Below are positions 38,473-47,329 of a DNA stretch of 64,000 nt, piece after piece. A model generated the notes under the pieces. That model was given only the letters and a program-made list of their open reading frames with translations, was not told the DNA's origin and ran no database searches. Position numbers and translations under genes: made by a program. This DNA is from a virus (lineage: Duplodnaviria; Caudoviricetes): IMG/VR virus record IMGVR_UViG_2751185828_000002. One strand, 5' to 3'. Position 1 is the stretch's first letter. Each line of letters begins with the position of its first letter.

Positions 38473-39549
38473 ATGTCCGACGCCACCACCCATCTCCTGC
38501 TGCCCTACATCCTCGCGGCGCAGGCCCAGAAGCATGTCACACACAATGAGGCGCTGCGGATCCTCGACGGGCTCGTCCAGCTCTCGGTTCTCGACCGGGA
38601 CTTGACCGCGCCGCCCGGCAGCCCCGCGGATGGCAATCGCTACATCGTCGCCTCGGGCGCGACGGGCGACTGGGCGGGCTGGGACCTGAATGTCGCGCTC
38701 TGGACCGATGGCGCCTGGCTGCGCCTGCCGCCGCGGACCGGCTGGCGGGCATGGGTCGAGGACGAGGGCCTGCTGCTGGTCTACGATGGGTCTGTCTGGG
38801 TCGGCACCACGCCCGCAGCGCTGCAGAACCTCGCACTGCTGGGCCTCGGCACGACGGGGGACGCCTCGAACGCGTTCTCAGCCAAGCTCAACGCCGCGCT
38901 CTGGACGGCAAAGACCGTCGCCGAAGGCGGCACCGGCGATCTGTTCTACACCATGAACAAGGAGGCCGCGGGCGACGATCTCGGGCTGACGCTGCAGACC
39001 GGCTTTGTGACCAAGGCGCTGGTCGGCCTGTTCGGCTCGGACAGGTTCCGGCTCGCCGTCTCGGCTGACGGCAGTACCTTCTTCGACGGGCTGAGCGTCG
39101 ACAACGCGAACGGCATCGTCGATCAGCCCCGGCTGCCGCGCTTCAAGGCGTACACCAACTACGACAACTATGTCGGCGTCGGGGCCTGGACGAAGATCGG
39201 CCTCAACAACACCGACCACAACGACCAGGGCGCCTTCGACGCCGCGAACAACCACTTCGTGGCGCCGGTTGACGGCACCTACCTCTTCGGCGCGACGCTG
39301 CTCTACAAGATCAACGCCAGCGCCACGGCCCGCATGCGCGGGCGGCTCGTCCTGAACGGCACCACCGAAATCCGCGGCTCCCTCGGCGAAATCTCCGCCA
39401 CCCACGTCTCGCTCGCCACCGCGATCTGGCTGCAGACCATGGTGCCGCTGACCGCGGGCGATACCGTCGAGCTGCAGGGATATTTCCGGGTCGCGGATGG
39501 CTACTTCGCCGCCGATCACACGTCCTTCTGGGGCTGCAAGGTCGGCTGA
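38473..39549 (+). CDS. DUF2793 tail-fibre protein with C-terminal C1q-like domain
   Basis: QAQKHVTHNEALRILDGLVQL; FKAY...AFD...FVAPVDGTYLF. Confidence 0.8.
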   Translation: MSDATTHLLLPYILAAQAQKHVTHNEALRILDGLVQLSVLDRDLTAPPGSPADGNRYIVASGATGDWAGWDLNVALWTDGAWLRLPPRTGWRAWVEDEGLLLVYDGSVWVGTTPAALQNLALLGLGTTGDASNAFSAKLNAALWTAKTVAEGGTGDLFYTMNKEAAGDDLGLTLQTGFVTKALVGLFGSDRFRLAVSADGSTFFDGLSVDNANGIVDQPRLPRFKAYTNYDNYVGVGAWTKIGLNNTDHNDQGAFDAANNHFVAPVDGTYLFGATLLYKINASATARMRGRLVLNGTTEIRGSLGEISATHVSLATAIWLQTMVPLTAGDTVELQGYFRVADGYFAADHTSFWGCKVG

Positions 39550-39568
39550 GCGGCGGAAGGAGGATCCA

Positions 39569-39856
39569 ATGACACCACCCCGATCCGAGGGCTTCGTGCG
39601 CATGCCCGACGCCGAGTTCGAGGCGATCCTGACGCGGGCGGCCGAGGAAGGCGCAAAGCGTGCGCTGGCCGATGTCGGGCTCGACGGCGACGAGGCCGCG
39701 CTCGACATCCGCGACCTGCGATCCCTGGTGGATTGCATCCGGCTGGTGCGCCGCACCGCCATGCAGACCGCCGTCCGCATGATCACCACCGGCGTCATGC
39801 TGGCGCTGCTCGCGGGCATCGCCATCAAGCTGAAGATCTTCGGCGGCAGCCCGTAG
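39569..39856 (+). CDS. DUF6127-like membrane protein, possible holin
   Basis: C-terminal transmembrane helix; upstream of the endolysin. Confidence 0.6.
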   Translation: MTPPRSEGFVRMPDAEFEAILTRAAEEGAKRALADVGLDGDEAALDIRDLRSLVDCIRLVRRTAMQTAVRMITTGVMLALLAGIAIKLKIFGGSP

Positions 39857-39917
39857 CCGCGCCCCATCCCCATTCATCAGCCCGCAATGACCCGCCCTCG
39901 TGGCGGGGTGAGCCGTG

Positions 39918-39959
39918 GTCTGCCTGACAGGCAGACGGGAAGGTCCAGTGGACCTTCCC
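39918..39959. repeat. Two abutting perfect hairpins
   Basis: GTCTGCCT-gac-AGGCAGAC then GGGAAGGTCC-agt-GGACCTTCCC. Confidence 0.75.
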
Positions 39960-40015
39960 AAGCGGCGAACGCACCGAGCCCTGCGAGGGGCCGGAAACTC
40001 GTTCTGGAGGCCCCC

Positions 40016-40690
40016 ATGACCACGACTTTCCACCGCCATTGGCGCGACGTGTCCGAGAGCACCTGGCGTTGGCCGAATTTCAGCCCGGCCGAAATCGCCT
40101 GCCGGGGCACCGGCAAGCTGCTGATCAACGAACCCGCGATCGACAAGCTGCAGGCGCTGCGCGACCGGCTCGGCAAGCCGCTGATCGTCCGCTCGGCCTA
40201 CCGCAGCCCCGAGCACAACCGCGCCGTGGGCGGCGCCACCCGCTCGAAGCACCTCGACGGCGCCGCGTTCGACATCGCCATGGCGAACCACGACCCGGTG
40301 GCCTTCGAGGCGGCGGCGCGGGAGGTCGGGTTCCTCGGCTTCGGCTTCTATCCGCGCTCGGGCTTCATCCATGTCGACCTTGGGCCCGCGCGGCAGTGGG
40401 GCGAGCGCTTCCCGGTCCGGGCGACGGCATTCGCAGCCGAGACGCCGCCCGCGCGCGAGGTTTTGGCGCAGAGCCGCACCATGAAGGGTGGCGGGGCAGC
40501 TGGTGTGGCGACGCTGGGCGCAGCCGGGGTCGAGGTTGCGCAGAGCGTCCTGGCCGAGACGCAATCCGCCATTCTGCCGCTCGTGCCGTATCTCGACACG
40601 CTTCGCTGGGTGTTCATCGCCGTCGCGCTCGGCGGCATCGCAGTCACGATCTATGCCCGCCTCGACGACTGGAAGCGGGGGCGGCGATGA
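40016..40690 (+). CDS. Endolysin, peptidase M15 family, with C-terminal hydrophobic segments
   Basis: SAYRSPEHN, SKHLDGAAFD, FIHVD zinc-peptidase motifs. Confidence 0.88.
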   Translation: MTTTFHRHWRDVSESTWRWPNFSPAEIACRGTGKLLINEPAIDKLQALRDRLGKPLIVRSAYRSPEHNRAVGGATRSKHLDGAAFDIAMANHDPVAFEAAAREVGFLGFGFYPRSGFIHVDLGPARQWGERFPVRATAFAAETPPAREVLAQSRTMKGGGAAGVATLGAAGVEVAQSVLAETQSAILPLVPYLDTLRWVFIAVALGGIAVTIYARLDDWKRGRR

Positions 40691-40944
40691 TCGGCGGGCT
40701 CCTCACCGGGATCGCCGCCAGCCCGTGGATGCGGTCCGCGCTGCGCTACGGCGCCATCGCGCTCGCCGTGCTGCTGTTCCTGTTTGCGCTTCGGCGGTCC
40801 GGCGAGCGAGCGGGACGCCTCGCCGAACGCCTTGAGACAACGGAGAAGGTCAATGATGTCCAACGCCAGATGCTGGAAGCAGCGGCTCGCCGCCCTCGCG
40901 ATCACCACGAGCTTGCTGAGCGGCTGCGCGACGGTTCGTTCTGA
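40687..40944 (+). CDS. Probable inner-membrane spanin
   Basis: N-terminal TM helix followed by a coiled coil; overlaps a lipoprotein gene. Confidence 0.65.
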   Translation: MIGGLLTGIAASPWMRSALRYGAIALAVLLFLFALRRSGERAGRLAERLETTEKVNDVQRQMLEAAARRPRDHHELAERLRDGSF

Positions 40945-41104
40945 GAACGGGAGGCTGGCGACATGCCCGCCCGTGGTCGAGTATGGCAGGGAGTTCCAGG
41001 CGCGGGCGGCCGAGGAGCTGGCCTTGGTGCCACAGGGATCGGCGCTCGCGGACATGTTGAGCGACTACGCTGTCATGCGCAACCAGGCGCGGGCCTGCGG
41101 ATAG
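40853..41104 (+). CDS. Probable outer-membrane spanin lipoprotein
   Basis: Signal peptide with lipobox LLSG-C; overlaps the i-spanin in another frame. Confidence 0.7.
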   Translation: MMSNARCWKQRLAALAITTSLLSGCATVRSENGRLATCPPVVEYGREFQARAAEELALVPQGSALADMLSDYAVMRNQARACG

Positions 41105-41180
41105 CGCAGCGCGGTCAGCAAGGCCGCTCGATCACCACAGTGCTGGTTTCATGGCCCCGAAAGGGAAACGGCTCTTCCGC

Positions 41181-41645
41181 TCAGGATCGACGTGCGTTGT
41201 CGTCGCCAATCTCGATCTGAAGTTCTTCTGTTCGCAGCCAGATCGACAGGCTTTCCGTCGAGGCTTCCACCTGTTCCAGCTTCCGCAGGGCGCACTCCCA
41301 TACCGTCGCCACGCGCCACCCGTCTTCGAGGAGTCTTGTGCGAAGGGCACTGTCTCGAGCGGTGTTCGCATCGAACTTCGCCCGCCAGAACTCCCGCCGG
41401 GTTGCCGGTACGGTCGTGTAGCGGCACCCCTCGTGTCGGTGCCAGAAGCAGCCGTGCACGAAGACCACGGCGCGGTGCTTCGCAAGGACAAGGTCCGGTC
41501 GACCGTGAACCTTGCCGGAATGGAGCCGGAAGCGGAAACCGCGCGCGTGTAATGCGCGCCTGAGAGCCAGCTCGGGCTTGGTGTTCTTTCCCCTGATTCC
41601 CGACATCATCCGGGAACGGGTCTGCTGGTCCACGATATCGGTCAT
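41181..41645 (-). CDS. vsr: Very-short-patch repair endonuclease
   Basis: RSRMMSGIRGKNTKPE, RPDLV, FVHGCFWHRH, VWEC. Confidence 0.95.
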   Translation of the reverse strand: MTDIVDQQTRSRMMSGIRGKNTKPELALRRALHARGFRFRLHSGKVHGRPDLVLAKHRAVVFVHGCFWHRHEGCRYTTVPATRREFWRAKFDANTARDSALRTRLLEDGWRVATVWECALRKLEQVEASTESLSIWLRTEELQIEIGDDNARRS

Positions 41646-41712
41646 ATCCGTCCTGGTCTTCGTCCCTGAACCTGGTATACACCGGCTGAATGAAATTCGT
41701 CAGGAGCCTGAT

Positions 41713-43290
41713 TTGCCTTCCACTTTCGGCATTGTCGATCTGTTCGCCGGCCCGGGCGGACTTGGCGAGGGGTTCGCTTCCCTCGTCGAGGACGGCCATG
41801 CGCCGTTCCGGATCGGCATTTCGGTCGAGAAGGAGGCGTCGGCCCATCGGACCCTGACGCTGCGTGCTTTTCTGCGCGAGTACCGTGCACGTCATGGCGT
41901 CTTGCCGAAGGAGCTCATCGATTTCCATGCCGGGCTGGCATCCGAACCGGACTGGTCAGCCGTCGATGCCGAAGCCTGGCAGCATGCCATCGACGAAGCC
42001 CGCGCGCTTGAGCTCGGCACCAAGGCTGCGGCGACCGCCATTGATGGCGCCATCGCGACGCTGAAAGCAAAGTACGACGACACGATCCTGATCGGCGGCC
42101 CGCCCTGTCAGGCCTATTCCCTGGTGGGGCGTGTCCGTTCCAGAGGCAAGGTCGGCTACGTCCCGGAGGAGGATGCGCGGCACTACCTCTTTCGCGAGTA
42201 CATCCGGGTCCTCGACAAGCTTCGCCCGGCCGCCTTCGTTATGGAAAACGTCAAGGGCATGCTTTCGTCGACAGTCGAGAGCCGGCTTGTCTTCGAGATG
42301 CTGATGGAGGATCTGTCCTCGCTCGGCACGGGTCACGCCCATCACTACGAACTTCGTGCCGTCCGGGTCGAGGATGGCAAGGCCAGCCTGCAGGAAGCGT
42401 CACAGCCCTCGGACTTCATCGTGCGCTCCGAGGCGTTCGGAGTCCCCCAGCGTCGCCACAGGGTGATCATCGTCGGCATCCGTTCGGACCTCGCAGGACG
42501 GACCAGGGATGCGCAGATCGCTGTGTCGGGTAGAGTGCGGACCGTCCGCGATGTAATCGAAACGATGCCATCCTTGCGGAGCGGCATCAGCCGCGGGCTC
42601 GACGACGCGGCCGCCTGGCGGGAAGAAGTCGTCGGCGCCGCGAGCATGCTGGCCGGCATTTCCAAGGGGAAGGACGACCAGGCGCTCCGTGAGGCATTCC
42701 TGAGCGTTTCGGAGCGAGTGAAGGAAAATCCGCCTATCGTTCGGGCTGCGTCACGGTTGCCAGACGGCTACGGCACTTCAAACGATGAGTTGCTACAGTG
42801 GATCGAGCGACCGGAACTTCGCGCGATCGCTCAGCACGAGACGCGCGGGCACATGGCGTCGGACCTGGGCCGCTACTTGTTTGCTGCAGTGTTCGGAGCC
42901 GTCCGTGGCTGCAGCCCGAAAGCCGCCGATTTCCCTCTAGCGCTCAGCCCCGATCACCGAAACTGGCACAGCGGTGTGTTCAATGACCGCTTCCGGGTTC
43001 AGCTGGCGGACGAGGCATCGACCACGGTCACGAGCCACATCTCGAAGGATGGCCACTACTTCATTCACCCCGATCCGATCCAGTGCCGGAGCCTGACGGT
43101 TCGCGAAGCCGCCCGGCTGCAGACATTTCCTGACGATTACCTGTTTCTAGGCAACCGAACGCAGCAGTATGTCCAGGTCGGAAACGCTGTGCCGCCGCTC
43201 CTGGCACGTCAGATCGCAGCGGTTGTGCACGTCACGCTTCAAAAGCCAGCAACCCAGCGAACGAACATGTTCGTTTCAGCGAACGATTGA
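41713..43290 (+). CDS. dcm: C5-cytosine DNA methyltransferase with long variable region (525 aa)
   Basis: DLFAGPGG, GGPPCQ, ENVKG, PQRRHR, LTVREAARLQTFP, VGNAVPP; TTG start after CAGGAG. Confidence 0.95.
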   Translation: MPSTFGIVDLFAGPGGLGEGFASLVEDGHAPFRIGISVEKEASAHRTLTLRAFLREYRARHGVLPKELIDFHAGLASEPDWSAVDAEAWQHAIDEARALELGTKAAATAIDGAIATLKAKYDDTILIGGPPCQAYSLVGRVRSRGKVGYVPEEDARHYLFREYIRVLDKLRPAAFVMENVKGMLSSTVESRLVFEMLMEDLSSLGTGHAHHYELRAVRVEDGKASLQEASQPSDFIVRSEAFGVPQRRHRVIIVGIRSDLAGRTRDAQIAVSGRVRTVRDVIETMPSLRSGISRGLDDAAAWREEVVGAASMLAGISKGKDDQALREAFLSVSERVKENPPIVRAASRLPDGYGTSNDELLQWIERPELRAIAQHETRGHMASDLGRYLFAAVFGAVRGCSPKAADFPLALSPDHRNWHSGVFNDRFRVQLADEASTTVTSHISKDGHYFIHPDPIQCRSLTVREAARLQTFPDDYLFLGNRTQQYVQVGNAVPPLLARQIAAVVHVTLQKPATQRTNMFVSAND

Positions 43291-43316
43291 CAATCGTTCG
43301 CTCAGGTGAGATATAT
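43260..43316 (+). promoter_or_regulatory. Two perfect palindromes over a TTGACA -35 box; candidate operator/promoter of the Z1 operon
   Basis: AACGAACATGTTCGTT 43260-43275; AGCGAACGATTG-A-CAATCGTTCGCT 43278-43302; TTGACA 43287-43292; AT-rich GATATAT at 43310. Confidence 0.6.
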
Positions 43317-43478
43317 GGTTCGTGCCAGCATACGGCACTGTGTGTAACTCATCTGGATAGAGCGTAGGGGCGAGGCAAATCCCGAGCAGAAGCGTCGTTG
43401 GGCCCAGTCCACGGCGGGTCTGTGGAGATGTCTCTTCGACTGCGACCGCATTCCCTTCCAGATCATCGCGGAGAACCC

Positions 43479-46313
43479 ATGTCGCTCTCATCCCTTCTGA
43501 AGGACCTGCGCGTCCAATCGGGCCAATCGCTCCAGCAGGTCGCCGAAAAGGTCGGTTCGTCCAAGGCCTACCTGTCCGAGCTCGAACGCGGCGTGGCGAA
43601 GAACCCGGGCATCGACCTGCTGAAGGCGCTCGCCCACAACTACGGCGTTTCCGTTGCGACGCTGATTGGCGAAGCCGACGCGGCGCCGTTGCCCCCGCCC
43701 GTGGCCGGTCAGGTCGAGGCATGGGTAAGCAACATCCGGAAGGAGCAGGCTGCCGGGCTGGATCTCGAAACCGCGGCAAACGAGGCCCGCGCGTCCTTCG
43801 AGCGACTTCTTGGCCCGCTCGACCCGCAGCACGAGGCGAACTGGAAGGCGGCTGTCAGCGAGCTTGAAGCCGCGTTCGAGCGGAAGATCGAGTATCTTGG
43901 CAACTATTCGCTCCGCAAGCCGCGACGGCCGCACTGGTATGACGGTCCGCGCGCGGGCGATCTGCACTGGCCGAAGCTCGAGGCCTTCCTGCTGTCTCGC
44001 AAGGGCTGGTCGAAGGAGACCGTTGCGAGCATCGACGCAACATCGACCGAGGTAGTCTCGCTTCTCGAAAATCCCGCCCAGAGCGAGTTCCGGGGTCGAG
44101 GACTGGTGGTCGGCTATGTGCAGAGCGGGAAGACTGCCAACATGGAAGCGGTCATCGCCAAGGCGGTCGATGCAGGGTACCGCTTCGTGATCATCCTGAC
44201 AGGCATGACAAATTCGCTGCGAACGCAGACTCAGGATCGCATCGAGTCCGATCTGGTCGAGCGCAACAAGTACGGGTGGCACAGCCACACCACAAGCGAC
44301 TCCGACTTCCGGAAGCCGGCGAGTAAGTGGTTTTCGATTATGGACCCGGTGCAGATCGCTGCCGTGAAGAAGAATGTGGCGCCACTTGAAGCGCTTCTCG
44401 GCACGATCGAGAAGACGCCGCCAACGCACCGCGCGCGCATGCCTGTGCTTATTGTAGATGACGAATGCGATCAGGCCGGCGTCAATGCGACCGGCAGTCA
44501 GTACAACATGACGGCGATCAACGCGCTCATCCGCAAGATTCTCGCGGCACTGCCGAAGGTCCAATACGTCGGATACACGGCGACGCCCTTTGCAAACGTG
44601 CTGATCAACCCGGAGAAGCCGACCGGCGGCCTGGACGACCTATATCCCGAGGACTTCATCACGAGCCTGCCAAAGCCCGAAGGTTATTTCGGTCCGGAGA
44701 GCCTGTTCGGGCGCGACCCGATCGATGCCGATGACGAGAAACCGGAGGAGTCCGGACTCGACATGATCCGTGGGGTCGATGACGCCGAGGTAGCCCTCGT
44801 CCGTCCACCGTCAGCGAAGGACCGTTTCACCTTTGAGCCCGGCATCCCGAAATCGCTCGACAAGGCGCTTTCCTACTTCGTGCTTGCAACCGCCGCCCGC
44901 TATGTACGTGGGCAGTCGCGCCAGCACAGTTCGATGCTGGTGCACACGACGGTCTACACGCACCCGCATCACGCGCTGGCCGACAAGATCGCGGCCTGGC
45001 AGAACGGGCTCGCCAAGAAGATCTCGAAGGGCGACGAGAAGACGTTCGATCGACTTGAGAGGCTCTGGCTCGAAGAGGTGGCCAAGGTCGATGCGGGCCG
45101 CTTCGGCCTTGCGCCGACATCGTTCAGCGCGCTGAGGCCTGAGCTCGAGAAGGTCCTCGATGACATCGCGATCGTGGTCGAGAACAGCGACAGCGAGACG
45201 CGGCTCGACTACGCGTCGGGGCCGAAGAAGTACATTGTGGTCGGCGGCTCGGTGCTCGCGCGTGGTCTCACAATTGAGGGGCTGGTCGTCAGCTACTTCG
45301 TGCGCTCATCGAACCAGTACGACACCCTCCTTCAGATGGGCCGATGGTTCGGATATCGGCCCGGTTACGAGGACCTCCCGCGGATCTGGATGACCGACGA
45401 CCTGCGGACATCGTTCCGTGATCTGGCGACGGTCGAGGCCGAGATCCGGGCCGACATTCAGCAGTACCGCAAACGCGAGGTGACACCGGCGGATTTCTCG
45501 ATCCGGGTGCGACGCATTCCTGGATTGGCCATCACCGCTGCCAAGAAGATGTATGCGGCCAAGGCATGCGACGTGAGCTTCTCGGGAGAGCACATCCAGA
45601 CCATACGCTTCCCGCACCGTGACGAGGACTTTCTTCGGCACAACTGGGAGGCTGCGGCCGAGCTGGTCGATGCGGCAGCGAGCCAAGGTATCAAGCCTGC
45701 GCGGCGCGGCCGTCTGATCGAAGGCGTATCCTTCGATCTCGCCATGAAGTTTCTGGAGACTTACAGAAGTGACCAGCGCGATCTGATCTCGGGAAAGCTG
45801 TTGGAATACATCCGGCTCGAGGCGAGTCGGGCCGATCAGCCGTACGAAACCTGGAACATCGCGATCGTCGAAACAGGCGGAACCCGCCGCTCCGTTGAGC
45901 CGCTTGGTGCCTTCGGCAATGTCGGCCTCGTCAACCGGGCACGCCTCAAGGGACTGACACGCGACGGTCTCGCCGACATCAAGGCTCTGATGTCGCGGGA
46001 CGACGTGCTTATGGACGTCACCGGCTCGCCCGATGACAGGTCTTGGGACAGCGTTAAGGAATTCCGTCAGGCGCTGGTCGGTGACCGGGTTCCACTGCTG
46101 CTCCTTTACGCAATCGATGAGGCGTCGGTACCGAGGTCTGAGAAGCTGCGCGAACCCCTCGGCGCGGTGCGCGACATGCTGGGAATTGGCCTCGTTCTGC
46201 CAGAGCGGGGCGCGAAGACAAGCTATGTCCGCGTCCCGATCAACCAGGACGACGGCGACGAGGAGGACGTTCAGGCAGACATCGACGGCGATGCCGGACA
46301 GGCTGCGAAATGA
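43479..46313 (+). CDS. XRE-HTH + SF2-like ATPase + Z1-domain protein
   Basis: SLQQVAEKVGSSKAYLSELERG HTH; GYVQSGKT; LIVDDECD; LARGLTIEGL...LLQMGRWFGYRPGY. Confidence 0.9.
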   Translation: MSLSSLLKDLRVQSGQSLQQVAEKVGSSKAYLSELERGVAKNPGIDLLKALAHNYGVSVATLIGEADAAPLPPPVAGQVEAWVSNIRKEQAAGLDLETAANEARASFERLLGPLDPQHEANWKAAVSELEAAFERKIEYLGNYSLRKPRRPHWYDGPRAGDLHWPKLEAFLLSRKGWSKETVASIDATSTEVVSLLENPAQSEFRGRGLVVGYVQSGKTANMEAVIAKAVDAGYRFVIILTGMTNSLRTQTQDRIESDLVERNKYGWHSHTTSDSDFRKPASKWFSIMDPVQIAAVKKNVAPLEALLGTIEKTPPTHRARMPVLIVDDECDQAGVNATGSQYNMTAINALIRKILAALPKVQYVGYTATPFANVLINPEKPTGGLDDLYPEDFITSLPKPEGYFGPESLFGRDPIDADDEKPEESGLDMIRGVDDAEVALVRPPSAKDRFTFEPGIPKSLDKALSYFVLATAARYVRGQSRQHSSMLVHTTVYTHPHHALADKIAAWQNGLAKKISKGDEKTFDRLERLWLEEVAKVDAGRFGLAPTSFSALRPELEKVLDDIAIVVENSDSETRLDYASGPKKYIVVGGSVLARGLTIEGLVVSYFVRSSNQYDTLLQMGRWFGYRPGYEDLPRIWMTDDLRTSFRDLATVEAEIRADIQQYRKREVTPADFSIRVRRIPGLAITAAKKMYAAKACDVSFSGEHIQTIRFPHRDEDFLRHNWEAAAELVDAAASQGIKPARRGRLIEGVSFDLAMKFLETYRSDQRDLISGKLLEYIRLEASRADQPYETWNIAIVETGGTRRSVEPLGAFGNVGLVNRARLKGLTRDGLADIKALMSRDDVLMDVTGSPDDRSWDSVKEFRQALVGDRVPLLLLYAIDEASVPRSEKLREPLGAVRDMLGIGLVLPERGAKTSYVRVPINQDDGDEEDVQADIDGDAGQAAK

Positions 46314-47329
46314 CGGACGGAACCCGTGCGGGCATCGGCTGGGAACGCCTGCGGCAGGAGTCAGGTGCGCAGGCGAGTGATCTGGGCGTGCCCTCCCTGG
46401 TGCTTGACGCCTCGGCTGGCGCTGGCCCGGCCCGCCTCGCGATAGGAGCTGAGCGCGAAGCGCGGCTTCTTGTCCCGCTCGCAGCCGGTGAGCGGTTCCC
46501 GATGGTCCACGATACGCACGGTCTTGAACTCAGGGACAGCGTGCTTCTGCTGCAGGGACAGCCGGTCCGGTTCATCGATGTCGCCTGCCGCGGCGAGCGT
46601 CTCGAGGCCGTCTTCGAGAAGCTGGTCGATGAAGTCGTTCGGCGCCTGAGAGGGGGCGCCGCGCCGGCGAACGCGCTCGAGGATGCAATCACCGACTTTC
46701 GCAATCTCCTCTCGGGCGCTAACCGCGAGCGTCCTTCGATCGAAACCGCACTCGGGCTGATTGGCGAGCTCATCATCCTGAATCGGCTACTTCTTGTTGA
46801 TCCCGACGCCTGGCAACTCTGGACCGGGCCGGCTGGCGGCCGTCACGACTTCCGTGGCGGTGACCGGGCAATCGAGGTCAAGACTTCGCTTCGTGCCCAG
46901 TCCCGAATCGTGGAGGTATCTGCAATTGACCAGCTGGCAGCGCCCCCCGGTGGACATCTGCTGCTCGCGCACTGCGTGCTCGAGTATGACGGGGCTGGGC
47001 CTCTTTCGGTTGTGGGTGAGGCGACGCATGCGTGCACGATCGCAAGCGATCCTGCCGCCGTGGCCGATCGGCTCGCCCTGCTCGGATACGATCAAGCCCA
47101 GGCCGATGAGTGGTCCTCGTTCAGGTTCTCCCTGTTCTCGCAGGAGCTCTATTCGGTGACCGACGGCTTTCCGCGGCTCACCCCCGCCTCGTTTGCGGAG
47201 GGAGAACTGCCGGTCGGGGTCAGCCACTTCCGCTACCGGGTGAATCTCGATTTTGCGTCGGAGTTTCGATTCAGGCCCGCCGAGGCCGACAATGCGCTTC
47301 AGGAGATAGTGTCATGTCTAAGCCTCTGA
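46310..47329 (+). CDS. PD-(D/E)XK-motif nuclease (DUF4420/MzaD-like)
   Basis: GLIGEL, WTGP, HDF...IEVKTS. Confidence 0.85.
   Translation: MTDGTRAGIGWERLRQESGAQASDLGVPSLVLDASAGAGPARLAIGAEREARLLVPLAAGERFPMVHDTHGLELRDSVLLLQGQPVRFIDVACRGERLEAVFEKLVDEVVRRLRGGAAPANALEDAITDFRNLLSGANRERPSIETALGLIGELIILNRLLLVDPDAWQLWTGPAGGRHDFRGGDRAIEVKTSLRAQSRIVEVSAIDQLAAPPGGHLLLAHCVLEYDGAGPLSVVGEATHACTIASDPAAVADRLALLGYDQAQADEWSSFRFSLFSQELYSVTDGFPRLTPASFAEGELPVGVSHFRYRVNLDFASEFRFRPAEADNALQEIVSCLSL

Noticed and set aside
38473-39549. Diversity-generating retroelement or invertible tail cassette
   Set aside because: No reverse transcriptase, template repeat or invertase with flanking repeats seen
41652-41675. Two CCTGG sites in the vsr/dcm divergent spacer as methylation-sensitive control
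   Set aside because: Target of this methyltransferase is unknown and CCWGG is common across the window
43260-43321. GAAC/GTTC motifs as a LexA box
   Set aside because: Spacing fits neither GTTC-N7-GTTC nor CGAAC-N4-GTTCG
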